The notes under the pieces were generated by a model that made no database searches, was not told the DNA's origin, and saw only the letters and a program-made list of their open reading frames with translations. Positions 42,051 through 56,100 of a stretch of 64,000 nt of DNA are shown here, one piece after another. Source of the DNA: Trichosphaerium sp. ATCC 40318. Lineage: Eukaryota; Protista; Tubulinea. The position numbers and the translations under genes were made by a program. The first letter of the stretch is position 1; each line of letters begins with the position of its first letter. The DNA lies in the NCBI GenBank assembly GCA_038496445.1, contig JALMLS010000369.1:1-64000 (forward strand), in the 5' to 3' direction.

Positions 42051-43544
42051 TTTAAAATAGTCTTCTTCATCTGTTGCGTTGTTGGTTAACATTATTGGGA
42101 GAATAATGGGCGTACAATTTTGCGACGTGCACAACTACCCGGAAAACTACAAACGTATGATAAATATTTTTTTGAAGTTTTTTTTCAGTTTGATACGTAC
42201 GTTGTACGCGTGGTCACGTGGCGGAAAAAATTATTTTGCGGGCTCCAGCCGGATAAGAATCTGAATAAGTGTTTTTCCGAAATAAAAAGGGTAACGAAAA
42301 GGACTGGCGTGTGGCTGTTTAAATAGTTGTTTTAGAACGATTTTATTGTACAAATAAATTAAATAAAAAACAAACGGATAAGATATTTAACCGAACTATA
42401 TCTCACCATATAGAACACGTCTAGATATTTTGTGTTACACGGGTTATGTGACGTCACTAACTCGAATTACTAACTTCCTAATACAGCTAAACCGCCGTGG
42501 ACCGCTTTTGTCAAACCGAGGGACAACTTCCTAATTAGGCATGATACCCGTGGAATATTGCCCAAAGCATATTTTTTGTGACTTTTTTTTCAAACGTGAA
42601 CTTTGATCACTCGCCCAATACACTTACATTCACATGTTGTTAGGAATGTTGTATATATATATATTACAGTCACGCGTCACAGTTTTTTGAGGCTAACATG
42701 GTTGTGAGATCACAATTACTTGTTCGTAATAACCTTTGCGACATGTCTTTGTGTATTTTAAACACCAGATTTTCAAACGTTTTGTTAAGACTTTAAGAAG
42801 GTTAGATTTTAACTTTTTTTTACTGCGCGGATCAACCACGAAGAAGGAGTACGGAATACCAAAAAATGATGTACTAATACATTATTTTCTTCTACGTTCG
42901 TTTGTCTGAAATACATTTCTCTATCACGTGTTCGAGATATTTTGCAAGTCAGAAGCATAACGGCATTATGAACAATACTGTAATATTATTTGGTGATAAT
43001 ACAGGTCGTACTATTGCTTCTTTGGTATCTGGGTTCAAAAACATTAAAATTATATTAGAACATCGAAAGATACAAGACTATGATCTTAAAACCACAAGTT
43101 CAAAAAAGTAGTCAGTCTTTTTGTTAGATTCACACGTTTTTGTTGATCTACAATAGCAGATTGGAGGAGAGAATACGTCTCACTCAGCTTTCGAATCCCT
43201 GGATCACGTGGCCAAAGACCCTTCCGAATCCTTATAACCATGAACACTTCTCCAATCTTTTTGTAAGCCCTATGAACTTAACGTCTTAAGAAATTAAACC
43301 TGTGCACCTTAGAACTTTGACAATCCTTGTTCTTAACAAACTGGGGCAATTGAACCCATTCATAAGATCTCTAACTTTATACCTACACGCCGACATTCCT
43401 TTTGTTTTGTTTGCAACCTTTAACATCCTTTGTAATGCCTTAACCAGCCAACACTCACGGGATATGTATTCTTTCCCTGAATAAAATAGTTTTAGTTACA
43501 CAAATCATGTTAACTATACTTTGTAGCAAAATGTATTTTATTAT

Positions 43545-46500
43545 TTACAGTGTTACACTCCTTGTTACACTTTCATATTCAGTTGATTCATTTATGACTG
43601 TTTCTAAATCTTTAAAAGAAGGTCGATAAGAAGGAAAAAACGCCCAACATTCTTTCATGATTATTTGCCATTGAGGATGAGCACGACCATCAAGTTCAGG
43701 TGTTTGTCCTTCATCTCTTATCCGTACTGCAAGATCAAACAAGTCTGGTACTTTACCAAATGGAGTTGTTTGATAAATTATTTCCCAAATAACCATTCCA
43801 AATGACCAAACCTTGTGAAATGTAAATAGAGAAAATGTATGAAGGTGTAATGACTTACATCGCTGTTGAATTCATATAACTTTCTCATTGATTCAGGACT
43901 CATCCATCTGATTGGTCCAATATTCGTACTTGTCATTTGAGCTTTTCCTGAAAGCACAGATTTTCTGGTTGTTATTAATAACCCACTGTACGGTTGTTAA
44001 ATGCAAACATACCTTGACATGCCAAAATCACTTATTTTTACATCTTCACCTGATAACTATTGAGCTGTAAGTGTCAACACGTGCAAGTCAGAACAATTAC
44101 CAAAACATTTCTACACGCCAGATCCCTAAAAAGTTTCATTATGAAGTAAGTTAAGATGTCTAGACATACCGATGAATGATGTTATTTTTGTGAAGAAAGA
44201 CCATCCCTGATGCGATTGAACTCAGAAACTTCTTGATCTCTGCAAATGTAAAGTCATCGCTTTTTGACTTATACAGGTCATCCAGTGATCCATTGGCCAT
44301 AAACTCCAATACCAACATTGGTTGACCATCAGATATACAGCGTCCGACAGTGCCAACAATATTGGGATGAGGTTCAAGACTCAGATTTACTTCAACCTTC
44401 AATACATGGTTATATTCAATAGCAGAAAGCAATGTACACAAGCAGCTGGGCGGTGTTAAGTACCTCTCTGAGAAAGTTTTGAGTATCTTCAGCACCAAGA
44501 CTTGATATTTTCACTGCAACTCTGACTCCTTTGTATGTTGCTTCCATCACAGCTCCGAAACTTCCCTCACCTGAAAACATTACTTGTCAATAAAATCTAT
44601 GTAAGCAAATAACATACCAAGTTTCTTTCCAAAAACTAAATCTTCTACCTTCAATACACCCTCTGGTACTGTATTATCAATAAACCGATTTCTTGGTGTA
44701 AGTTAGCAACTACATTTTGACGGTTGTATGAGTACATAGATTCTGATGTGCTCAAAACATTGAGTGGAGCAATAACTCCTCGTTGGTTTTTTTTGTTTCT
44801 ACAACAAAAGAATAAAATAGCGAGAATTATCAAACTGAGTACAGCGATAATAAATATAACAACCACTGCTACGATGATACCTACGTAGAAATCGAACAAA
44901 TAAGAATAAAATAGGGGCATTCTTCATTATTAGATGGTACATACCAGTGTTGGAGCCTTGAGGAGGCATGATGATACTGCTTGTATTTTGGAGAGCTGGA
45001 GCGACTGTTGTTGGTGCAAGTGTTGTTGGAGGAACGGTTGTTGGTGGGAGTGTTGTTGGTGGAAGTGTTGTTGGTGGAGCAGTTGTTGGCGGGCTTGTTG
45101 TTGGTGGACTTGTTGTAGGCGCACTGATTGGTATGATAGTTTCAAAACATAATGGATCAGGCTCATAGAGACATTCTGGATTGTAGAATGTTTGGTTTGG
45201 TGCTTCTGGAATTTCAAAAGGACCCAAATGCCAGCTTGTTACACTTGGATCGTATGTCATACATGACGGTATCTGTGATGAGCAAATCTACAACTACTTA
45301 ATATGTATTTGCCTACAAAGAAACATCAAATTGACGTACATCTGAGAGAAGAGCATCCTGACACCCACGGAATTCACCTAGTATTCTTGCGTCTGGATCA
45401 CAATATTGTAAGACACTGGAATCTCCTTCTTCACAACCAAATGCTATTGAACCAGGTACTCTCTTTTCAACAACACATGTCCCAGTTGTTATATCACAGT
45501 ATGTATAATTACATACGTCTGTTGATGTACAAGGAGGATCACACTCCGTTTCATTGATACTTATACACTCAGTACCCTGATTGAGATATTCACATCTACG
45601 AGGTGCTTAAACACTATCAGATACAACTTAGTATTTGATCAATTCGTACGAGCTCGACAGGATGCAATACTAGTACGAGCTGTAGTCCTAGTTGTATCGC
45701 AAAGGCTTGGATGACCGCCTAAACAAATAAATCACTCACATATTCCCGAATCACATGGGCCAAAATATTCCTTGATTAAGATGTGTCGTACACTGTATGT
45801 TCGAATTTCCATCTTCAGGATAGATTGGATTTGGAGAGTATTGACATCCTTCATCTGGACTTGTACATTTACCCTTTGTACATATGTTTCCGTCATCACA
45901 GTTAGTACTCGCGCATGTACATTCTTGTTCACAAGTACATCTTGCTTTGCATCTTGGTCCACAAAAGCTTCTTGTCTCTAAATGTCGAATCAGCGATCTT
46001 ATATTTTGTGGAATAGGACGCACGTGGACAGATTGCATTTGATATCATTGGTAAGACAGTTGAGGACAATACCCGAGAAGAAGTAATGTTGATGCGATTT
46101 GGGAGTGGCAATAGTTCAGACTGAGATGTTGGTGATCCGATTTCGATTGAATGAATTGTAAATCCCTTGTTAATGACATTATTTTAAGTTGAAGTTTCTT
46201 GAGAATACCTCGGATTCAAGTAGAGTTCCAATATCACTATTTGGATCGAATACACCACATTTAAGACCATGATGTTGATTGACAATTATCATCTTGTTGT
46301 TTCGTCCTTTTCTTCCAAATGTATCGAAATGATCACGTGCAACAGAAAGTCCTTTTTTTTAACGGTTAGCTAACCACTGGAAATATTTCTACCTGTAAAA
46401 AACGATACATACCTGTTGTGACATCATGACATCCACCCATGGTATTGAGAGTACGAATGATTTCAAGTTGTTGAAGAAAGTATGATTTGTCATGACTTCC

Positions 46501-47992
46501 CAATGGCAGTACAACTTGAGCTGTATCTCGATACAACACAATACCAGTACGATATCCAAACTCTCCAAGTTTGAGTGGTGCGATCACGTCAATGATGAAT
46601 TGGAAGTAAGAGTCCCAATTAAAGTTCTCACAACACTCTTCAACTGAAGATCTATTGAAACTACCAAAACCGAAACCATTTGACACGCACATTGAAGCTT
46701 ACATTATTTAGCACTATCAGTTTATTTCTCTTTATAAAATGCAACAACGCACCTACAACATCGCATATTTTTGAGTTCAATACATTTTGAGAAGCATCAA
46801 TAACTACAACATAGCGTTAGTTGAAGTAAAAGTAAGTGGCTCTCACCAAACATTAGATCTGTTGTATCAACACAAAGTGAATCATTGCAATTCGCAGGTG
46901 AATTATTTATGGAACTTTCCGTCATCTCCAGTATGTTCAAATCAATTACAGTATCATCATAAAGTTCAATCCTTGATAACATACATTAGAAGGAGAAGTA
47001 CAAGATGTGTTTAGAAGTGCAAGGATGTGTACTAAAGTCAACGTACCTTACAAGATCCTCTCCGTCGAAATACAAGTGTCTAACATCTAAGAAAGTACCA
47101 GAAGCCCCTTCATAAGGCTCTCTGTAGTACCGCGTCCTATATCCAGGTAAAAATAGCCTGTTTACATGTAGACAAGTACGTGTTTAAAGTAATGTCATCT
47201 CTTGTTGAATTTAATTCGGAGCGATGTGTAATTGTGACATTTGGAGTTTCGACTTGTCCTGGATTCCATTGCTTTTTGTATGGTGCGTTGACTCCCAAGT
47301 CCAATGTAGTTGATTGTACACGCTTGATACAGCTACTATCGCATGTTTTAAATTGTGTCAAAGTATTCTACAAGTGATATGAGAGGTTGGCCTGTATGTG
47401 CGTTTTCAGAAGAAGCTGATTGATTTGAAGCAACAGTTGTCTAATTATGGCGAGTTTTCACGGATCCACACTAGAAACCCTCTGTGTATGCAGTGCGATA
47501 TAATTTTAGGCGCGGTGGAAGTGCTTTTGAAGAGCAAAGTCGACTTCGCCAGAAAAAAAAACTATCTAGAGCAAAAATCAAAGCAGTCAGGCAAATTAGA
47601 TAACCGACACGTGACTGTAAGAGGGGTTTTTTGCTTGTTCCTTTAACGTACAGTTAGGTGGCGATACTCTTCAATGATATAATCATCTGATATTTTAAAG
47701 TGCACTAATAGATCAATTATCGCATCTGATGTATCAGTGACGAAGAAAATACCAAAGTGGCCGTATTGTTTCGGCTTTAAAAACACAATTAGAAAAAAAA
47801 ACAAATAATTAAATAAACAACACGTGTTTAACGTACGATATTGTCTGATTTACTGTACATAACTGCTGGCTTTTCAAAAGTTTCTCTTTTTGTAGCGGTT
47901 TTTACGACAGTAACGCCAACAAGTAGTACTACAACAATGTACGCGTGAAGACTACGCGTAATATTAATTCTGTTGCCAAAAGAAGATGCCAT
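43545..47992 (-). CDS. Receptor tyrosine-kinase-like protein RTK1 (signal, N-domain, VWA, Cys-rich repeats, PTT stalk, TM, kinase)
   Basis: VWA TDLMFVIDAS...YRTGIVLYRDTA. CDDGNICTKGKC repeat. (PPTT)n stalk. TM. Kinase LGEGSFG, VAVK, HRDLACRNVL, KISDFGMSR, GPIRWMSPES, DVWSFG, RPSF. Confidence 0.92.
45001..45120 (-). repeat. 15-bp coding tandem repeat (xPPTT mucin-like stalk); shorter copies at ~50141-50220 and ~54619-54700
   Basis: Repeated gttgttggNgg units translating to SPPTT/APPTT/LPPTT/VPPTT; unit number differs between paralogs. Confidence 0.85.
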
Positions 47993-48661
47993 TGTGCTTG
48001 TTACATTTGTTGCTGAAACACAAAAAAATGATATGGAGATTGAACACTCTAATTAGATTTAGTCTGGATAATTTATCTGCAGCAGAAAACGCTGAACATG
48101 AAATGCGTTTTAAGTCGGGGAAAATGACGAGGACTTGAATGACCGAGACCAGCAGTTCCAAGAATTCCGTAATTCCTTAAGACCCGCCACCGCCGCTGCG
48201 CTCCCCATCTCCTTTCTTTGTGCTTTTGTGGTAAAGCACTCTGTTGTAACGTCTGAGGTTTTGTACCTTTACAGGCCAAACCAGTGTTGTGTCAAGACGT
48301 TCAGCTAACAAGGACATAGGCGTTTTCTTAGCATTCCGGCATTAAGAATACTGATTGTATTCATATTCACAACGTATTTCTATTGACCTGCCAAACCAAC
48401 CTTCACTAATGTTCCTATTCTTAATGTGCACATTAATTTATCTCGTATGATTCTCACTTTCAAACTGGTATTCAACTACAGCAACTTGTTGGCACACAAA
48501 AAAAAAGTGCATGTCCATAGTACAAAAAAAGGTCATCTGTATCATATCTCCAACACAATTCTTAGCATGAAACACTGATCTTTCAATTGGTTTATTCTGT
48601 TAAGCCTGAATTTTTTTATTTTTGTACAGTTCTAAAAACAAGTGTTGTCAATTTAAATTAT

Positions 48662-51600
48662 TTACAGTGTTGAACTTCTTAACACACTTTTAGTTTCATT
48701 TTCAGTTGAGTCATTTATGGTTGTCTCTAAATCCTTAAAAGAAGGCCGATCAGAAGGAGAAAACGCCCAACATTCTTTCATGATTATTTGCCATTGAGGA
48801 TGAGCACGACCATCAAGTTCAGGTGTTTGTCCTTCATCTCTTATCCGTACTGCAAGATCAAACAAGTCTGGTACTTTACCAAATGGAGTTGTTTGATAAA
48901 TTATTTCCCAAATAACCATTCCAAATGACCAAACCTTGAAAGAACAACAAATAGTAAGCTACAAGAAAATTGATCAATGTTTGTCTACTTACATCACTTT
49001 TAGGTTCATATAACTTTCTCATTGATTCAGGACTCATCCATCTGATTGGTCCAATATTCGTACTTGTCATTTGAGCTTTTCCTGAAAGCACAGATTTTCT
49101 GGTTGTTATTAATAACCACTGTACAGTTGCTAAATGCAAACATACCTTGACATGCCAAAATCACTTATTTTTACAACTTTATCATCTGATATCTATCGAT
49201 ACTGTTAGTATCAACACCCCGAACTTTGTTGTATAAAGTACCAACACATTTCTACATGCAAGATCTCTAAACGGTGTTATTATGAAGTAATTTTAGATGT
49301 TCAAACATACCGATGAATGATTTTATTTTCATGGAGAAAGGCCATCCCTGATGCGATTGAACTCAGAAACGTTTTTACTTCTTCAAATGTAAAGTCATCA
49401 CTTTTTGATTTGTACAAATCTTCCAACGTTCCATTAGCCATAAACTCCAATACCAACATTGGTTGACCATTAGATATACAGAGTCCAACAGTGCCAACAA
49501 TATTGGGATGAGGTCCAAGGCTCAGGTTTACTTCAACCTGCAATACACGATTATATTCAATAGCAGAAGCAATGTAAACAAGTAAGTGTTGTTAAGTACC
49601 TCTCTGAGAAAGTTTTGATTCTCTTCAGCACCAAGACTTGATATTTTCACTGCAACATCGTTTCCATTGTATGTCGCATGAATCACAGATCCGAAACTTC
49701 CCTCACCTTGGAACCACGTGTTAAAAAAACACTTTAATGTCTAAAACAGCCAACAGTAAATCGCATACCTAGTTTCTCCCCAAAAACCAAGTCACTTCTA
49801 CTTAACATACCCCCTGGTAAGCTACTTCCAACAAATTCATCTTTTGGCATGTGTGAGTAGTTTCTAGCTGAGTTGCTTCTTTTGGCTAATGCAGATCCTG
49901 ATGTGTTAACAACATCAAGTGTCACAACATCATCTTGGTTTCTCTGTTTTTTTCTAATTAAAAAATACCAAAGAGCAATCAAGATCAACACAATGAATAT
50001 CAGAGCAAGGACAACCACAATGATGATAATACCTACACATCATAACAAAAGAATGATATTTTAAATGAAAAATGTAAAAACGTGACATACTGGTAGAGTC
50101 TTGAGTAGGAGTGATGATACTGGTTGTATTTTGAAGAGTTGGAGCAACTGTTGTTGGTGTAATTGTTGTTGGAGGAATGGTTGTTGGTGGGAGTGTTGTT
50201 GGGGGGATTGTCGTTGGTACAATAGGTACAATATGATCAAAACATAATGGATCAGGCTCATAGAGACATTCTGGATTGTAGAATGTTTGGTTTGGTGCTT
50301 CTGGAATTTCAAAAGGACCCAAATGCCAGCTTGTTACACTTGGATCATATGTCATACATGAAGGTATCTGTGATGAGCAAATCTACAGCTAGTTGTAAAA
50401 GAATTTTTGTAACAGAAATATCACATGACGTACATCCGAGAGTTGAACAGATGCACAGCCAGCAAAATAATTTCGTCGATTCCATAATGAGGCGTCTGGA
50501 TCACAATATTGTAAGATACTGGAATCTCCTTCTTCACAACCAAATGCTATTGAACCAGGTACTCTCTTTTCAACAACACACGTCCCAGTTGTTATATCAC
50601 AGTATGTATAATTACATACGTCTGTTGATGTGCAAGGAGGATCACACTGCATTTCATTGATACTTATACATTCAAAAATACTATTTGTATAAAGACAACG
50701 AAGTGGTGCTAAAAATATTGTAAGATGCAAAATAGAAAACTGGCACATACGGGATCCGCACGAGCTATTTGCAACTCCAAGAGTAGCTCCACTATTATCA
50801 CATAGGCTTGGGTGGTTACCTAATAGCAACATGTTACAAAATAAACTACATGATAAGACTTATAGAACAGTACAATGGATATCCCCAGGCTCGTTGGTGG
50901 GGAAGATTTGATTTGGGGAGTATTGACATCCTTCATCTGGACTTGTACATTTATCCTGTGTGCATATGTTTCTATCATCGCAATCCGTATTTTGACAAGT
51001 ACACTCTTGTTCACAAGTACATCTTGCTTTGCATCTTGGTCCACAAAAGCTTCTTGTTTCTAAATCTTGAATAAGCAATCTTACAGTTGACAATGCAGGT
51101 ACGTGGGCAAATGGCATTTGATACCATTGGCAAAACAGTAAGGGACAATAACCGAGAAGAAGTAATATTGATGCGATTTGGGAGTGGTAATAGTTCAGAC
51201 TGAGGTGATGGTGATCCGATTTCGATTGAATGAATTTTGAATCCCTCAATGAGATTGTTAGCTTAGATTAAATTAAATACTGTAGTTACCTGAGATTCAA
51301 GAAGAGTTCCAATATCACTATTTGGATCGAATACACCACATTTAAGACCATGATGTTGATTGATAATTATCATCTTGTTGTTTCGTCCTTTTCTTCCAAA
51401 TGTATCGAAATGATCACGTGCAACAGAAAGTCCTTGATTATAACTGTAAGGAATTGAAAGTATTTTCTACACGAAAACAATACATACCTGTTGTGACATC
51501 ATGACATCCACCCATGGTATTGAGAGTACGAATGATTTCAAGTTGTTGAAGAAAGTATGATTTGTCATGACTTCCCAATGGCAGTACAACTTGAGCTGTA

Positions 51601-52890
51601 TCTCGATACAATACAATACCAGTACGATATCCAAACTCTCCAAGTTTGAGTGGTGCGATCACGTCAATGATGAATTGGAAGTAGGAGTCCCAATTAAAGT
51701 TCTCACAGCACTCGTCAAATGATGATCTGTTGAAATGACCAAAACCAAGGTCAGTTGACACGCACATTGAAGCTTAAACTAATTTAACATTTACTCTTGA
51801 ATAAATATAACGTACCTCCAACATCGCATGTTGTTGAGTTCAATACATTTTGAGAAGCATCAACAACTACAACATAGCGTTAGTTGAAGTAGTAAAAGTA
51901 AGTGGCTCTTACCAAACATTAGATCTGTTGTATCAACACAAAGTGAATCATTGCAATTCGCAAGTAAAGTATCATTAGGCAAGGCATACAAATCACTGTC
52001 ATTCTCGCCCAAATCGATCAATGTATCGTTGTAAAGTTCAATCCTTGATAACAAACATTAGTAGGAGAAGTACAAGATGTGTTTAGAACTGCAAGAATGT
52101 GTACCTTACAAGATTCTCTCCGTCGAAATACAAGTGTCTAACATCTAAGAAAGTACCAGAAGCGCCTTCATAAGGTTCTCTAGAGTACCGAGTCCTATAT
52201 CCAACTAAGCACATTGCATGTGGCTCACTGCATTTACGTGTTTAAAGTGATGTAAGTTCTTCTGCGATAAAATGCTGTAGAATTTGTATCGGAGCGATGT
52301 GTAATTGTGATATTTGGAGTTTCTACTTGTCCTGGATTCCACAACTTTAAAAACGGTTCGTTGAATCCCAAGTCCAGAGTTGTTGATTTTACACGCTTTA
52401 TACAGCTACTATCGCATGTTTTAAATTGCGTCAAAGTAGTCTACAAATGATATGAGATGTGAATTGTTGGTTTTTTCATGTCAGTGATAAAAGTGTACAA
52501 GCTGTATGTGGGGGGTTTTTTTGCGCCAATTTAGTTGATTGGGTACAACGTACAGTTTCGTGGTCGTACTGTTCAATGATGTAGTCATCTGATATTTTAA
52601 AGTACATGGTTAGCTGTACTATACCAATAGTGCTGTTCAGATGATACTCGAAGCCGAATTCGCCATATTGTTTAGGCTTAAAACAAATATAATTAGAAAT
52701 AACGTTACAAAACACGTGTTTACGCTAAAATACATACGATTATATCCGAATTACTGTACATTGCTGCTTTTCCAGCGTAAACTTTAGTACTTGTAGCAGC
52801 ATTTACAACGTAAACAGTACCAAGCAGAAATACAAAGATAGATAAGCTTCGGTCATGCATAAAAGCAGTATCTATGCAGAAAGACACCAT
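48662..52890 (-). CDS. Receptor tyrosine-kinase-like protein RTK2 (paralog of RTK1)
   Basis: Same domain order and intron positions as RTK1; intact kinase motifs. Confidence 0.92.
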
Positions 52891-53178
52891 TTGTTTAACT
52901 TAAACAGTATGTGCACGTTTTATCACGAAAGAAATGTGTTGAACGACAACTTAAAAAATATGCTCACGTGATATAGTGTGTCTTAGGGCAATTACCAGTT
53001 AATTCATCGAACTCATATTATGTCGTGCAAGAGTTTTGCATCTTCTCCCTAGCATTGTTTTCGGTTTGTTGTAACCACATTTTCATGTCTGCTTGGATGA
53101 CATTTTTTTAAAGTGAAAACTAATTTCTGCTACAAAATTTTATTCATACAACCCTTGACATTCATTGTGATTGACTTT

Positions 53179-56100
53179 TCATGTTTCACTTTCTGTTGAG
53201 TCATTTAAAGCTATCTCTAATTTTATAAAAGAAGGCCGATCAGAAGGAGAAAACGCCCAACATTCTTTCATGATTATTTGCCATTGAGGGTGAGCACGAT
53301 CATCAAGTTCAGGTGTATGCCCTTCATCTCTTATCCGTACTGCAAGATCAAACAAGTCTGATATTGTACCAAACGGGGCCTCCTGATAAATTATTTCCCA
53401 AATAACCATTCCAAATGCCCAAACCTTGAATGATGTCAGAAATCAAACAAGCAGTTTTACTTGTTTAGACTTACGTCACTTTTAGGTTCATATAATTTTC
53501 TCATTGATTCAGGACTCATCCACCTGATTGGTCCAATATTCGTCTTTGTTTGTTGAGCTGTTCCTGAAATAGCAGATTTTCTGATTGTTATTAATAAATC
53601 AGTGTACAGTTGTTAAATGTAAACATACCTTGACATGCCAAAATCACTTATTTTTACAACTTTGTCATCTGATATCTATCAATACTGTTAGTATCAAAAG
53701 ACGTACTAGCCAAAACATTTTACCAACACATTTCTACAAGCCAAATCCCTAAACAGTGTTAGTACTTATGAAGTAATTTTAGATGTTCAAACATACCGAT
53801 GAATGATTTTATTTTCATGGAGAAAGGCCATCCCTGATGCGATTGAACTCAGAAACGTTTTTACTTCTTCAAATGTAAAGTCATCACTTTTTGATTTGTA
53901 CAAATCTTCCAACGTTCCATTAGCCATAAACTCCAATACCAACATTGGTTGACCATCAGATATACAAAGTCCAACAGTGCCAACAATATTGGGATGAGGT
54001 CCAAGACTCAGGTTTACTTCAACCTTCAATACACGATTATATTCAATAGCAGAAGCAATGTAAACAAGCAAGTGTTGTTAAGTACCTCTCTGAGAAAGTT
54101 TTGATTCTCTTCAGCACCAAGACTTGATATTTTCACTGCAACTCTGACTCCTTTGTACGTTGCTTCCATCACAGATCCGAAACTTCCCTCACCTTAAAAC
54201 GCATGTTAGCAACCAAAAGTTCCACAGCGTAAATCGCATACCTAGTTTCTTCCCAAAAATCAGTTCATCTCTTCTCAGCATACCCTCTGGCACTCTACTT
54301 CCCGCAACATAACTTTCATTCGGCATCTGTGAATAATGTACGCCCGAGTTGCTTCTTTTTGCAACCAATGATTCTGATGTGTTAACAACATCAAGTGTCA
54401 TAACATCTTCTTGTTTTTTCTCTTTTTTTCTACAAAAAAAAAACCAAAGAGCAATCAAGATCAACACAATGAATATCAGAGCAAGGACAACCACAATGAT
54501 GATAATACCTGCACGTCAGAACGTAAGAATGATATTATCAATGAAAAATGTAAAAACGTGACATACTGCTATTGGAGCCTTGAGTAGGCGTTATGATACT
54601 GCTTGTATTTTGAAGAGTTGGAGCAACTGTTGTTGGTGTAATTGTCGTCGGCGGAACAGTTGTTGGCGGAAGTGTTGTTGGGGGTAGTGTCGTCGGTACA
54701 AGAGGTACAACACGCTCAAAACATAATGGATCAGGCTCATAGAGACATTCTGGATTGTAGAATGTTTGGTTTGGTGCTTCTGGAATTTCAAAAGGACCCA
54801 AATGCCAGCTTGTTACACTTGGATCGTATGTCATACATGACGGCATCTGTGATGAGCAAATCTAAAATTATTTGTTCATACAGGATAACAATATCTAAAA
54901 ATAGACGTACGTCTGATAGCTCAACAGATTTACAACCAGAAAACCCGGATGGGTTAAATAAAGTATTGGAATCACAGTATTGTAAAAAGGTGGAAGCTCC
55001 TTCGTAACAACCAAATGCTATTGAGCCAGGTACTCTCTTTTCAACAACACACGTCCCAGTTGTTATATCACAGTATGAATAGTTACATACGTCTGTTGAT
55101 GTGCAAGGAGGATCACATTGTGTTTCATTGATAATTTTACACTCAGGACCTCCATTAACATACGTACACGTAAAACTAGCTAAAACAAACAAGTTAGAAA
55201 TAGGATACCAAGAGGACAATCGAAATTAGAGATATACGTACGAGCAGTACACTCTGATAGTACATTCCTAGCGTTAGTTAAACTATTGTCACAAAGGCTT
55301 GGAGCATTACCTACAAACAATAAGTTAGTACGAAATCACAAACCTTCAACACAAGCACTTAAAAAACAACATTTTGCTTACAGTGGATAGAATTAGGTAT
55401 GGTCTGCGGGTATATTGGATTTGGAGAGTATTGACATCCTTCATCTGGACTTCTACATCTTTCGAATGTACATATCTTTCCGTCATCGCAGTCAGTATTA
55501 TCACAAGTACATTCTTGTTCACAAGTACATCTTGCTTTGCATCTTGGTCCACAAAAGCTTCTTGTTTCTGAACGCTGCATTAGCGATCTTATATTTTGTG
55601 GAATAGGACGCACGTGGACAGATTGCATTTGATATCATTGGTAAGACAGTTGAGGACAATACCCGAGAAGAAGTAATGTTGATGCGATTTGGGAGTGGTA
55701 ATAGTTCAGACTGAGATGTTGGTGATCCGATTTCGATTGAATGAATTGTAAATCCCTCGAGGTTAGATAAGGTTGAGAATGGTTAAACAAAGTTGAGTGT
55801 CAATAATACCTCGGATTCAAGTAGAGTTCCAATATCACTATTTGGATCGAATACACCACATTTGGGACCATGATGTTGATTGACAATTATCATCTTGTTG
55901 TTTCGTCCTTTTCTTCCAAATGTATCGAAATGATCACGTGCAACAGAAAGTCCTTGATTATAACTGTAAGCTAACCACTCAAAATTTTCTACCTTGACAC
56001 ATACCCTTTGTGACATCATGACATCCACCCATGGTATTGAGAGTACGAATGATTTCAAGTTGTTGAAGAAAGTATGATTTGTCATGACTTCCCAATGGCA

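Noticed and set aside
42330-43540. Hidden gene or transposon in the 1.2 kb spacer between Myb and RTK1
   Set aside because: Only short ORFs without motifs, and no terminal repeats recognised.
44930-45217. Gln-rich, Cys/Trp-rich and Gly/Val-rich ORFs
   Set aside because: Alternative-frame and antisense readings of the PPTT stalk repeat.
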